The notes under the pieces are model-generated. The model did no database searches. It was not told where the DNA came from and was given only the letters and a program-made list of their open reading frames with translations. The translations under genes and the position numbers were made by a program. Shown here piece after piece: positions 38,831 to 50,656 of a DNA stretch of 64,000 nt. Each line of letters opens with the position of its first letter. The first letter of the stretch is position 1. The DNA lies in assembly GCA_026026165.1 (NCBI GenBank), contig JAPEUD010000036.1:124001-188000 (forward strand). The letters are read 5' to 3'. The DNA is from Sarea resinae. Its lineage: Eukaryota.

Positions 38831-39434
38831 TCACAGATAATAAGCCCCCCTCTCAAGCGGGAGCGGCGACCCTCCCGGCCACAAAACCACAAGCCCCATC
38901 TTCGCCTCCTCGACCTGTCGCGCATCAGGCACATCACCCACCCGATGCAAAAGCTCAATCAGATCCGTGATCCAGGCCCTACACCCAACGCCACGGGAAC
39001 CGAACTCGTATCTATGGCGGCCATGCTCGAGCAGAGTGGCATAGATATCTGAGACGGTGAGCTCGGGAGACACGACGAGGGCGAAAGACGGGTATGACAC
39101 GTCGCCGCTGTCGACGCCGACGTCGTCCGTGTCGCCGTCTGCCGAGCAGGTGTGCGATTGCGATTGCGACTGCTGCTGCTGCTGTTCAGAGATAATCAGA
39201 TCCGCTTTCGACCCCCCCCGCGAGAACCGTGCTCGGCACGCTGTGGCTGGGCTGGCAGTCAATCAGGACCGCCGTCGTGGGGGAGGCGAGGAGGTGCAGA
39301 CACCAGTGATTCGTGCCCGCCTGCTGTGGGAGCGGCGTTGCGACGATCTGGGTCACGGGCAGGGCGAGGATCTGCGTCCGACGGCTGGCGGGGATGAAGT
39401 GGACGGGTGGCTGGAAATGGTTGGACGTCGACAT
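38831..39434 (-). pseudogene. Small fungal protein gene (resembles DUF7770) interrupted by a +1 frameshift in a G8 run; pseudogene or sequence error
   Basis: ORF 39186..39434 (..TNHWCLHL..IDCQPSHSVPSTVLAGG) continues in ORF 38831..39262 (SKADLIISE..TVSDIY..L...GRHRYEF...GVGCRAW) if one C is removed from 39212-39219. No splice signals at the junction. Confidence 0.75.
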
Positions 39435-39888
39435 GGAGGATGGCCTTGGCTCGACGGTGTCAGAGGTAGGTAGGTAGGAAGTGGGCGGGACTAGAAAGGG
39501 GAAATAAGGGTTATTTCTATTTCTATAATCTCCTTACCTTTCTTGAACGTAGATTGTGAATTGGCGGTGTTACATAGACGGGATATCGGGATTGTCAAGC
39601 AGATGATTGATACGATCCTAGCAGGAGTTACCCTGAGAGCAGTAGATATACGTTTCTAGGGAGGCTCCGCAGAGGCCTCGAGTCTGGATATTGAGGAATT
39701 CGAGATGTAAATCCTCCAAGGGGAAATTCAAACGTCAAACAGAGGGGTCTATCAGAGTAAAAGTAGAGAACAAGCCGCGACAAGGAATCAGACACACAGA
39801 CGGCCACACTATGACTCCAATAAACAGAACAACGCCCTCCCGCCGAACACCAGCTCCAGAAATAACAACTGTGATACATTCCAGCCGG

Positions 39889-41547
39889 CTACAAGCCACT
39901 CGTCGCCTCAGCAGGCCGCCGCCCATCCATATAGCGCCAAAGCCGGCTGAGCTGCCTGACCGTCCGCGCCCGGCCCTCGACCGCAGCACCCTCAGGATCA
40001 GCCGGATCCGCAACAACGCCCACAGTCTCCCCAACCCGGGCACGGGCAAAGACCTCGACTTCCTCTACGCCTGCGGCGCTGCTACTGCTAAGATCCTTCT
40101 GACTGGTCAGCGTGCCAATCGCGGCCAGCTCAGCGGCCGCCTCCTCGCGCCTCGCAACGGTGTGCGTATCGACTTCGACGACCTGGTCGAGGAAGCGATG
40201 GCGTCGCTCTGGGTCGAGCGGGAACATGAAGTCCAGGTAGTGCTGGGTAAGGAGATGGCCCGTGGCGCCGCGGCGCACAAACACGGCGCCACAGTACCGA
40301 TTGGCGATCCGCGACGGCAACCATATGTTGTCGAAGACGCCCCAACGCGTCACTGGATCCCACTCGTTGCAGTAATGCTCGATGTGCCGGATGATGCGGT
40401 GAGGGCGGAGGAGGACTTGTTTCCGAGTCGAAGAGGCTCGCCGTGGACTGGACAAAAAGGTCCCCCCCGAGGGACTGCGCAGCGGGTCGTTGAAGTGCGA
40501 TGCTGCTGAGCCGAATGTGTAGATTTCCTATCGTATGCCATGTTAGAGGAGAGAGTCCGATGTGTGAGAGAGAGGGGTATAGGGAGGAGGGCAAATACAA
40601 ATTTCGAAACCACGTCGGATGCCAGGTCAGCTAGTATACGGTCTACCGCCATCGAGACGATGATGCCGCCCTGCGAGTGACCGATCACGATGACCTTCGA
40701 GACTGTTGGATCCAAGGCAAACTTCTTCATGTAGTCGTAGGCCACCCGCGTGTCCATCGAGTTGTACGAGAGATCTCGTTGCAACAGACACTCGACAAGA
40801 TCGCCAAAGAGACCAATGCTATTACCCATTAGCATATTGAAACGAGGGGATCTAGAGGAGGGGTTCTTACGTCCGATTGTGTACGCCTATTATTCGACGG
40901 CCAAACGTCAATGCAAGGCGGTCGCAGTTCATCTGTAAGCCATGGTAGCTGGATCACAAGTCAGCCCAGAACAATATAAAAGTATTTCGCTGTCCATAGA
41001 TCTCCAAAACCACGATCCGGTCCATGGCATTCAACTTTTGAGATCTTGCGTCATATCAATTTCGAACGAGAAAGGCAGCGGCATACTCAGTAGCAATTCC
41101 ATTAACAAAGACCCAACGTTCGTTCCGAAAGTCGTCATGAGGCGTAAGGGCCTTCTTCGAATGCGCAATCCTCGGCCCCCGAAAAGGCCTGCAGAGAACG
41201 TAATTAAACACCAAACAAGCCAGCACGGCAAATGCAATGGTCAGGGAGCCAGGGAGATACAGGAATGCGGGAACCCAGAACAGCAGGGTCGTGCACTCGA
41301 CAACGACGACGAAGATCTGAAGCAGCCATCCCAGGATATTCCGCAAGCTTGGAAACAGCTCGGCGAACGGATCGAGTGTCCAGAAGGGACGAAAGCAATC
41401 TGGTAGGCGGGTCAGTTCCTTGAGGAGAACGCCGATGTCACACAAGAGGAGCCGGAGTGGGTTCTCGGCAGCTGCTTCGTTTCGGGACCCCGACAGCGGA
41501 TCGAATTGCGCGGGGACAAAGGAAATAGACTCGCTGTCTTGCTTCAT
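39889..41547 (-). CDS. Conserved fungal alpha/beta-hydrolase-like protein with an N-terminal hydrophobic segment. Exons 41547-41087, 40948-40871, 40818-40599, 40527-39889
   Basis: NERWVFVNGIAT, RLALTFGRRIIGVHNRT, DLVECLLQRD, VIVIGHSQGGII (GxSxG), EIYTFGSAASHF, IEHYCNEWDPVTRWGV, GHLLTQHYL, SRLWRY. Confidence 0.88.
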
Positions 41548-42240
41548 GGTTAAGAATGCATGGGATATGGGATATAGGATCTATAGGATGTATACGATAT
41601 GAAATACTGGTGGTGATGGTGGTAGTGTTGGTGTTGGTGCTGCTGCCACTGCTGCTCCCTCATGAGAGGGCAACCGAATAAAGAGCTCGAACAAGGACCG
41701 GCGTAGCATCGCTATATCAGACAATCGCGACCTTCCCGAATCGTATCGTATTGTCAAGGAACATGACGTTACTCTAGAGCTTTACAGTTTGAGGATGAGG
41801 GAGGCAGCAAGGCGGACAGCGAGGGACAGCCGGGGACAGCGGGCGCCGCCTTGGGGACGATTTTAAAACATGACCGAGGTATCGCCCAACATTCTTTGCG
41901 ACGGCCTAGAGTGCTCGGATGGCTATCAGCCACCAGCTACTGGGTAGGTATCAACTGACGTGTCGACGCCTGAGAGATCCGAAATAGCATGGAAGCCACA
42001 TCTCCTCTCCACCGTCGCCCATCTTCGTATGCCATCATTTGATCAAGGGGAGCTCTAAGCGACCGGTAGGACACCGCAATTGAAATGGAAGGTGGATGGA
42101 TGTCATGCACGCCCGTTTCCGCGTGCCAAATCCCCAGACTGTGGCGCCAGACCCCGCGAAGATCCCCTTCCAAACCACCCCCTTCTTCTCCGCAACTAGA
42201 AAGACCCCCAGTCACATGCGCCCAACAATGCTGGCGACCC

Positions 42241-43084
42241 TCACCACTCAAACTTCTCGATGACTTCCCATTTCGCATCGCCCGCGTGTACGGTATTGCC
42301 CTGGTGCACCCGGTCGAGACGAAAGGTCACGGCGCAGGGCAAGAATCTACTTCCAATCTTCATGACCCTCTCCCAATCACCGCTCTCATCCCCATCCTCG
42401 CTCACCTCCTTCGTGGAGACCCACTGCCAACGCTCCACATTGACCTCGTTCCCAAGCTTGTAGATGCCTTGACACCAGCCGCCCACTCGAATCACCATGC
42501 CCCGAGCGCGGTTCTTGCGGTCCTCCAGTCTCAGAACAACGCATCCCCTCTTCGGGTCCAGTCCAGTCCTCTGAATCGCCGCATCTGCCCAAAGTTCTTC
42601 GTAGTCGGTGAGCCTGCCGGTGTCGGGGTTCACCATCCGGCCTTTCTCCAGCGTCTCCCCGTTCGGCTGCGTCCATAGATCCCCTTCGTCGGCGGCTGGA
42701 GAGTCACTGTTCGAGTCGACCCAATGCTCCCAGATGGCATGCGGAGGTGCATCGTCGCCATCACCGTCGCCCTTCGTAGCCTTGTCGGTGTGAGACCGGC
42801 CGGCGAATGCCCATTGTAGCCTCTCCAGCGGGCCGCCTTGATTCGGCAGTTCCGGTTCCTCGTCACTGGTGGGCTTGAAGATGCGCACATCGACAAAGTG
42901 AGACGTGCTGGACGTCAGAACGAGCGTCGAAGTCGGCTCGGAAGCTTTGTCAGGCACCTGGATGTAAGCAGCACAGGCGGGCCAAATTAGTCACGAACGT
43001 AATAGCACGAAAGGAGATGAGAAGGAAAAGGAACTGTCTCACCCAGCGAATGTGGCGCCGGATAGAGATCGACGGGACGCCCAT
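42241..43084 (-). CDS. HRI1: Hri1 family protein. Exons 43084-43043, 42957-42241
   Basis: SISIRRHIRW|VPDKASEPTSTLVLTS...FVDVR, LQWAFAG, WEHWVDS, D.G......G.TLEKG.MVNP.TG....YEELW, GMVIRVGGWCQGI. Confidence 0.88.
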
Positions 43085-43811
43085 AATGCCCTCAGAAATC
43101 TTGTGTTGTGCTGTTTGGATCTGCTGCCTTGCCGTTCCAATCGTGTCGCATTCGCCGATCGTGCACGGTGGATAAGGTCTCTTAGGCTATCGATAAGGTG
43201 AATTGCCGGGGCGGTGTGCTAGGCAGACCGCCTAAGTAACCACTACTGGTAGGTAAAGATTTACTATGCCGAGGCCCCCAAACGCCGGAGTTTGGGTTGA
43301 TCCATTTTCACATAAGACTTACTTTAATCACCTCTTGTGAAAGTTTGACTACGTTTGCTATCCATCTCAAGCCAAGAAAGTGGCAGAAGATATATGCTAT
43401 TGTTAATGAGGATCCAGTCGCTCGATTTTCTCGGTCGCGCAGATTTATTTTGAAGGTTTATATGTCGAATTAGAGCCCTTCCCAAAGTAGAGATATCATC
43501 TTGCTATATATGTCATCATCAGATGAAGTCCCGCTCTCCCACCCAAATTTCCAAAAGCTCCCTAGCGAAAGATAACAATTGATTGCCGTAAACATACAAA
43601 GAAAAAAAGACATTGCGTGCTAAACAAAACATCCAAGACCAAGCAGCCAAAGACAAGTAGCCCAAAAGAGTTCCTTCCAGAGAAGGAGTGGAGTTTATGG
43701 TAAAGGGCACTGTGAACGTAAAATATTTTATACAGAAGCAGAGCCCAATCACTCAAACCCATTCTCACACTTGCCGTTCTATCTTCCTCGTACATTTCGC
43801 ATTCAAACCCT

Positions 43812-44877
43812 TCAGGAACGAGGCTCTCGCGCAACACCGCCACTAGCTCTCCACCATACATCGCCGCCCCATCTCATCATGCGTTCGATGGCCGCACTTG
43901 GCCGATCGACGGCAGGCCGGACGTCAAGATAAAACACCGGTTCGCCGGTCGGCTCGGGAGGAGCAGAGTAATAGTCGATGACGTATCGAACCTCCTGGGG
44001 TTGCCCTTCTGGTGTGATTCGCTGGATATACCAGTCGTGGCGATCAAAGGGAGGCTCCGTACTTTCATAACGTCAGCCGAGCCATGCTGAAAAAGCAGTA
44101 GATTCTTACCCAAACTTGGAAGGATAGAGCCAGCCCATGACCTGCATCATCTTGGCCTTCGGCGTCAATTCTCCTGGTCGACCCATGAATCGAACGAGTC
44201 GTGGCTGCATCGCGAGCTCCCCCGTGGTATATTGGCTCGCATTTTCTTCGCCCTTCTTGCAGAACTGCCATCCCTGCTTCAGACCATGACTGAATCTCCG
44301 CTCCCACTCCTTAATCTCCTCCCAAGCCCCCTCATTCAGAAAATTATGCACTGCAACCATAGACTCAACGGCATCCTGCGGCGTATCCGTGTAGCCCTTT
44401 CGAAGCATGGCATTGTACATCTGCTGCGGTGAAGGATACTCCCAATTGCCCTCGCCATCGCCCTTGGGTATCGATGACAACGTTCGTTCAACAGGCAAGT
44501 CGACGGTCTGCTCGGCAGCTCGCGTCTGGGACAGTTCGAAAGGCATGTAATTCAACGGATTGAGCTTGGAGAGCGTGCTTCTTGAGGATGCTGGCGCTGG
44601 CGTTGGCTCTGGTGCGGATGTGGGTGTTGGTGCTGACCCGGACGATTTGGAGAATTTGGAGTGATCGATGGGACATCCGCTCTCTTTGGGCGGCGGAGGA
44701 GGGGGAGCCACTCCGCCAGCATGCATGGGACATTCCGGCTATTTTCTTGTCAGTTTCTACAGTCTATTGGACCATTAGACAGTGACATACCGGAGGTCTT
44801 GCGTTTAGATCCGATGGGAGAGGATGAGGCGCGACCAAAGAAGCCGCTGGAGCGGCATCCGCCCAGAACCAACCCAT
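43812..44877 (-). CDS. CYC3: Holocytochrome c synthase (cytochrome c heme lyase). Exons 44877-44791, 44738-44110, 44061-43812
   Basis: MGWFWAD, CPMH/CPID heme motifs, [56 protein letters not shown]. Confidence 0.96.
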
Positions 44878-45687
44878 AGCGAATATTGGAGGTCGAGGGA
44901 AGGATAGGACTAAAGGATTTGAAGACTGAATGGCGCAATACAAGGTATCGAGGATATCTTGATATTCACCAGATCGTTATGCTCCTAATTCAAGAGAGAG
45001 CCCTGAAAGGATGTGTGAATGATGGAACGGGAAGTAGGGGAGGAGATAAAAAATATGGGCGCGGCCGGGAAGCCTGGCAGTACTAAGGTATGAAGACCGC
45101 GAATAATTTTAGGGTGAGGCAACATCCGGGGGCAAGCTCCGGACCCGAGAAAGGCCTTGCCGCCGGCTCTTGGGTCTGGACTCACGTAACTTTGACGATG
45201 AGATACTTTAGTTCAACCTACAGATAGCGCTCGAATGAAGTACCGAATACCTGTACCGATTAACTACTAGGTAGGCAAGTGTCATACTTCTCGTCATCAT
45301 CACCATTTACCAGTATTTCCTTCGGCATTCTGGAGATTTCCAATTCGAGCTGTATTCCAGATGATGATGATGACACTCACAGAATTCCTTTTGAGGACAC
45401 ATGTCAAGACACCAGACAAATATATGAGCAAGTGTTAAATTCCAACAGTACGAGGGGAGATTGTCATATTGGATCATATCAGATTTCGCTATAGTATATT
45501 TATCCATGAGAGAAAGAAGGAGCGAGAGATACTCATGCAGAGGATCAAAGCCCATACCGGGACGCCGTCTTACCCTTGACACCCCATGACCAGTCCAACG
45601 CCTCATCAATCTCCAGAACTTCATGCATACATGCACGCAAGTTGTTTATATTTCCTTCCTAACGCTCAAGATCAAACCCTACTACTC

Positions 45688-46832
45688 TCACCGCCTCGCA
45701 CCAGAAGGGATAGAATACCCTCTAGACATGAAATCGGCGTTCTTCCGAGACTCCGATGTCGACAAGGCCGAAGATGAAGTAAATAAGGACTCGAGATTCT
45801 CGTTTCGAGCCAGTTTGCGCCGCTTACTGCTCTCGGCTTCTTCGCGAAGGACTTTAGCTGTCAAGGAGGCGGTACTAGCATTTTTGATGCCTGTAGTCGA
45901 TGGGATCGCTACTTGGGTCGGAATGGTACTTTGGGGTGTGGAAGTTTGAGCTGAATCGCTTGCAAGGACATCGGTGGCTGCAGGAGAGGGGATCGTCTCG
46001 GTAGCGGTGGTGGCAGAGGCGGCATTCTTCTTGCGCTTCTTATTAACTGAGGCTTTCTTTTTGAGTGAATGGGTGAGAGATTGGTCGCGAAGATCCTTTG
46101 TGCGAGTGGCGAGATGCTCAACATCGTTCGGATCGGTAGAGAGGATGGGAATGATATCGACAGGCCGATAGGTAAGCTCGCACTGTTCGCATAAACGGCT
46201 TAGCATATCTCAAACAATTGGAGTCTCCACTTTGACTGCAGACAAGCCATGACATGGACATACCTGTGGGCACTTCAAATCACGGGCCACCTCTTTGATA
46301 GCAGCTTCGGAAAAGGCGTGGCCGCATGGCACAATGTAAGCAGCTTTGGTTCCGGGCCCTAGCGTCTTGCCCGTAATGGGGCAGACCCATCTCGGCCCTC
46401 TCGAACTCTTGTCGCCACTCTCCTGCTTGTCCTCAACAAACTTCACCTCGACCACATCGCTCATCGATAGGATACGATCTTTCAGCGCCTTTTTAAGCTC
46501 GGCCTTCTTGGCGGCAGCGGCGGCGTCATGTTCAGGGGCGGGGAGGAGATACTCGAGCACGGCGTCTTTGTTATAAAGCGTCCCCTCTCTATCCGAGACA
46601 ACAGGGAGTGAAAGTGGCTGCTGAGATATTGGACATGTGGTCCAGCGATGCTGCTGCGCCTCTTGCTCAGTTTCCTTGACTTGGGCCGTTGTGCGCTTGC
46701 GGGCTGCCTCTTTGACGAGCTCGCGGCGAGTGGGGATGCTATTAGTTGGCTTGAGCGTTAGCTCTTGGATTGGCACAGGGAGAGAGTGTGAAGGAGAATG
46801 AGTAGAACTGACCTTCCACCGTCGTTACCCAT
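45688..46832 (-). CDS. RTF2: Replication termination factor Rtf2 (RING-like). Exons 46832-46813, 46738-46264, 46182-45688
   Basis: MGNDGGSIPTRRELVK, WTTCPISQQPL, G.LYNKDAVLEYL, WVCPITGK, VPCGHAFSE, CPQC; basic C-terminal region. Confidence 0.94.
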
Positions 46833-47316
46833 GATTGTGGTAGAAGATGAGACTGTGAAGTTGACGATGTTTCAGGCGGGCATTAAGTTGATACCATTGA
46901 AGCTTGCGACGGTTGATACGATGACTAAGCGACCAGAGATCAGAGATCAGAGCTCACTCTTCTGCAAAGGACCGTCTCCTTCCCTTGGCTGTAATCACGT
47001 CTTATATGATCTTTGTTTCTTTCTCGCCATAACTCCTCTACTAATCCAATCTCCCTATAGCGATATCATATCTGCTCGTGGTGACCATCTCCACTCAATT
47101 CAGACCTGGATCCATCTAGGTACACGCATGACGTCGGCTGTTGACCCGAGAGGCGTTGACGGCGGCGAAGTCGCAAACCAGGCAGTCAAGACCTCTCCCG
47201 AGTCTCTTGGTGAAGATACAATGACCCCAGACGTCAAGGCCAGGACCCTGATATCATGATATAATGGCATGAATTCAAGAGCACCACGTATCCACGAGCA
47301 ATATTAAACGCCGACG

Positions 47317-49571
47317 ATGAGGGCGGCTGTCCTCCTCGGGCGGCTCTGTCTCCGTCAGGGAGCCCGTCGCATCCCACAGTCCATCTCTCATCCCCGCGCA
47401 TTCCACTGGGCTTCGGCGCGTCAGGCCTTCACAAAGAACAGCTTCCGCAAACCAGTCATTCCAACCGCATTATTGTTTGGTTCTTTGACTCCCGCGGCAC
47501 TCATACAACTGTCCGAAGAGACCGACAACGATGACCAGAAGTCCGGCGAGGAGCATATGCTGGAGGCATCGCGCGATGAGATCCACAATACTAGACTCGA
47601 CCAATTTGGCAGTCCTAAGAAGAGACAGAGTAGTTTTGCGACGTTTGTGGATATGTACATCATCGAACCCTTAGCGACTGGTCTGAGGTTCCTTCACTTG
47701 GCGATAATCTTCGTGCCTGTTGCTCTGACGGTGCCGGTGATATGGTTTGGTGCGAGGGTGAAGGACCGGGACAATGAACGCACAGGCACTCTATGGTGGT
47801 ATGGTTTTTTGGTTGGCTCGATGGAAAAGGCGGGTGCGGCATTCATCAAGGTAAGTTATATTGGCATATGGCTTCATGAATCCGGGCTAAGCTCTCCCGA
47901 CAGCTGGGTCAATGGGCGGCATCACGTTCTGATATATTTCCTACGCAAATGTGCAAAATAATGTCTTCTCTCCATTCCAACGCCCCGGCACACTCTCTTG
48001 CAATCACCAAGGAGACTATCATCAGAGCCTTCGATGGTCGACCGTTCGAGGACATTTTTGAAGAGTTTATAGAAGAGCCCCTTGGCGTCGGAGCCATCGC
48101 TCAAGTCTACAAGGCGAAGCTAAAACCTGACTTGGCTGCCCCAGGAGATGTGGATCTAACATCTCGCCCTCCAAACCTTCGGGAAAAGGTCAAGAAGAAC
48201 GTTGATGTCATGGTCAAAAATACACCTCAGCGAGTTCCCTCATCGTACGTGGCGATCAAAGTCCTACATCCCCGCGTGGAACGGATCGTCCGAAGAGACC
48301 TGAAAATTATGGGCTTCTTTGCCTCAGTGATAAATGCTATTCCCACCATGGAGTGGCTCTCCCTACCAGACGAGGTCCACCAATTCGGCGAGATGATGCG
48401 TCTCCAGCTTGACCTCCGCATCGAAGCCGCCAATCTCTCTATCTTCCGAAAGCACTTCAAAAACAGATCGACGGCTTGGTTTCCGTTCCCATACATGGAA
48501 TACACCACTCGACAGGTCCTCGTCGAAGAATTTGCCCAAGGCATCCCACTTGAAGCCTTTCTGCAAGACGGCGGCGGCACCTTCCAGAAAGACATCGCTG
48601 ACGAGGGCCTCGACGCCTTCCTGCACATGTTGCTCCTCGATAACTTCATTCACGCCGACTTGCATCCGGGGAACATCATGGTGCGATTCTACAAGCCCGA
48701 ACGTCCCGCCATCTCTATTCCCTCCATGGACTACTGGGGCGACGACAACACATCTGTCCAGGAACCAGCCAAGGCCCCGCTCGACGTGACCGAAGAAGTT
48801 CTCGAGCGACTCCGCCCCCACAGAAATAAGCCGACGGAATGGACGGCCCAGCTTTCGGCGCTCGACCGCGAGGGCTACCGGCCGCAGCTGATCTTCATCG
48901 ACACGGGCCTCGCAACCGAACTCAACGCCGAGAACCGGCGCAACTTCCTCGACCTCTTCAAAGCGATTGCCGAATTCGACGGCTACAAGGCCGGACATCT
49001 CATGGTGCAGCGATGCCGGCAACCCGACGCCGTCATCGACGAGGAGGTCTTCGCCCTCAAGATGCAACATCTCGTCCTCGGCGTCAAGAGCCGCACCTTT
49101 GCGCTGGGCAACATCAAGTTCGGCGACGTGCTGAGCGAAGTCCTGGACATGGTGCGCTCGCATCACGTCCGGATGGAGGGCGATTTCGTCAATGTCGTCC
49201 TCAGCATTTTGCTATTAGAGGGGATCGGGCGAAGTCTGAACCCGGACTTGGATCTGTTCAAGAGGTAAGTCGGTTCCTATCATTCCCAGATATATATCCC
49301 GCGGCCTCTTCTCATGCCCTCCCTCTCCTTTTCCCGTCCACTCTTCAAAACCAGAACATCACAGAACAAAACGCTAACATCCTCACCCCCCCATAGCGCG
49401 CTGCCCATCCTCCGTCAACTCGGCGCTCAAAGCGGCGGCAGCATGTTACGCGCCGGCGACGTCTCGATGCTGAAAGTGTGGGTGGGTCTCGAAGCGCGCG
49501 GGCTCCTGCAGGCGTCGATCGAAGACGTCGAGAGGCATGTCCGCTACGATCAGCTATCGCCGAATATATAA
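47317..49571 (+). CDS. CQD1: Mitochondrial ABC1/UbiB atypical kinase (YPL109C/Cqd1, ADCK2-like). Exons 47317-47850, 47904-49264, 49397-49571
   Basis: Presequence-like N-terminus; AGAAFIKLGQWAASRSDIFP (KxGQ), PLGVGAIAQVYKA, VAIKVLHP, QLDLRIEA, DNFIHADLHPGNI, IFIDTGL, LLEGIGRSL. Confidence 0.93.
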
Positions 49572-50656
49572 TATAATATAAAATGATGGCCTCGTCACTT
49601 TGTTCACCTCTCCCACCATTTAAACCTACTTGACTACCTGAACACCGGTCCTGCAATACCCACGGCGCCATCGCCCACCCAATCAAGCTTCCAATCACAG
49701 TGATAGTTGTCAAGTAATCCAGCCAGATGAAAAGGAACTGCAGAAAAGCCCGGCTTTCTCCTTTCCGAGCAGCTGCTACGAAAGCATCCCCCCTCTCCTT
49801 CCCGCGCCTTTCCTCCTTTCTTATCTGAACTCATGTAAATCACAAATATATGCGTCTATGTCCACAGTATGAGCATATGCGGGCTTTATCACGTCTGTAT
49901 GAATGTACGTATGCATGTATGTCTGTACTTCGGAGGGCTGGGGGATTCGTTTTGTTCTTCTCTCCTCACCCAGAGCTCGCGCAGGCATACATACATCCAT
50001 GCACGTCTGATATGGGAGACACGTTCCAGAGACTTGGATGAAGTATAGTGTGAATTTGAGAGAAAGATACACAGTAGAAGAAGAGGCAGACAGCAATAAA
50101 GCAAGCAGGAAAGGCGAATAGAAAGAGACACCAAGCGATCGAGCGATCGGGCCCAGGGGTGGGTTTGAAGAGAGCGAGAGCCGAGAGCGAGAGAGCTCTT
50201 GTTCGAGAGAAAGCAACCCTGATGACCGACCGGGCTCCGCCCCGCTGGTGAGAAATATGTTGGACAACGCCCCCCCGCCCGCCACTATCAACCCTCTCAG
50301 GAAATCCATCCCCTCAGACTCACAAGAATCGGAAGAGATGACACGAGAAAGGAATCGGAGACGAGGAAAACCGTGACGGGATGAATAGAATAAGCCGGAA
50401 GTTCTCGCGACGCAAAAGCACAAAGCGCCCAGAACGCCCCAAGGGAGTACTCCCCAACCAATCAAAGTCCGATACATACCGGAAAGTGCGAAATCAGCAT
50501 CCGAAAGCTATGTAACGTTTTTTATCCTCGAGTGGCAATAACCAAGCCAATAGAAGACAGACCCAACCCAAAGAAGTGAAGCCAGCCGGATAGCCCTAGC
50601 CTTGAAAGCACTTTGTGCCTGGCTCCTGATAGGCAGCTGGCCACCCACCCCACTAT

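Noticed and set aside
40949..41086. Possible stwintron (internal branch site and AG within a 138-nt intron)
   Set aside because: Removing the inner part does not recreate a GT donor, and a single intron already gives the correct frame.
48363..49166. Long antisense ORFs here and over other genes (e.g. 1647-2459, 15767-16468, 39691-40509)
   Set aside because: They are shadow frames of GC3-rich real genes on the opposite strand.
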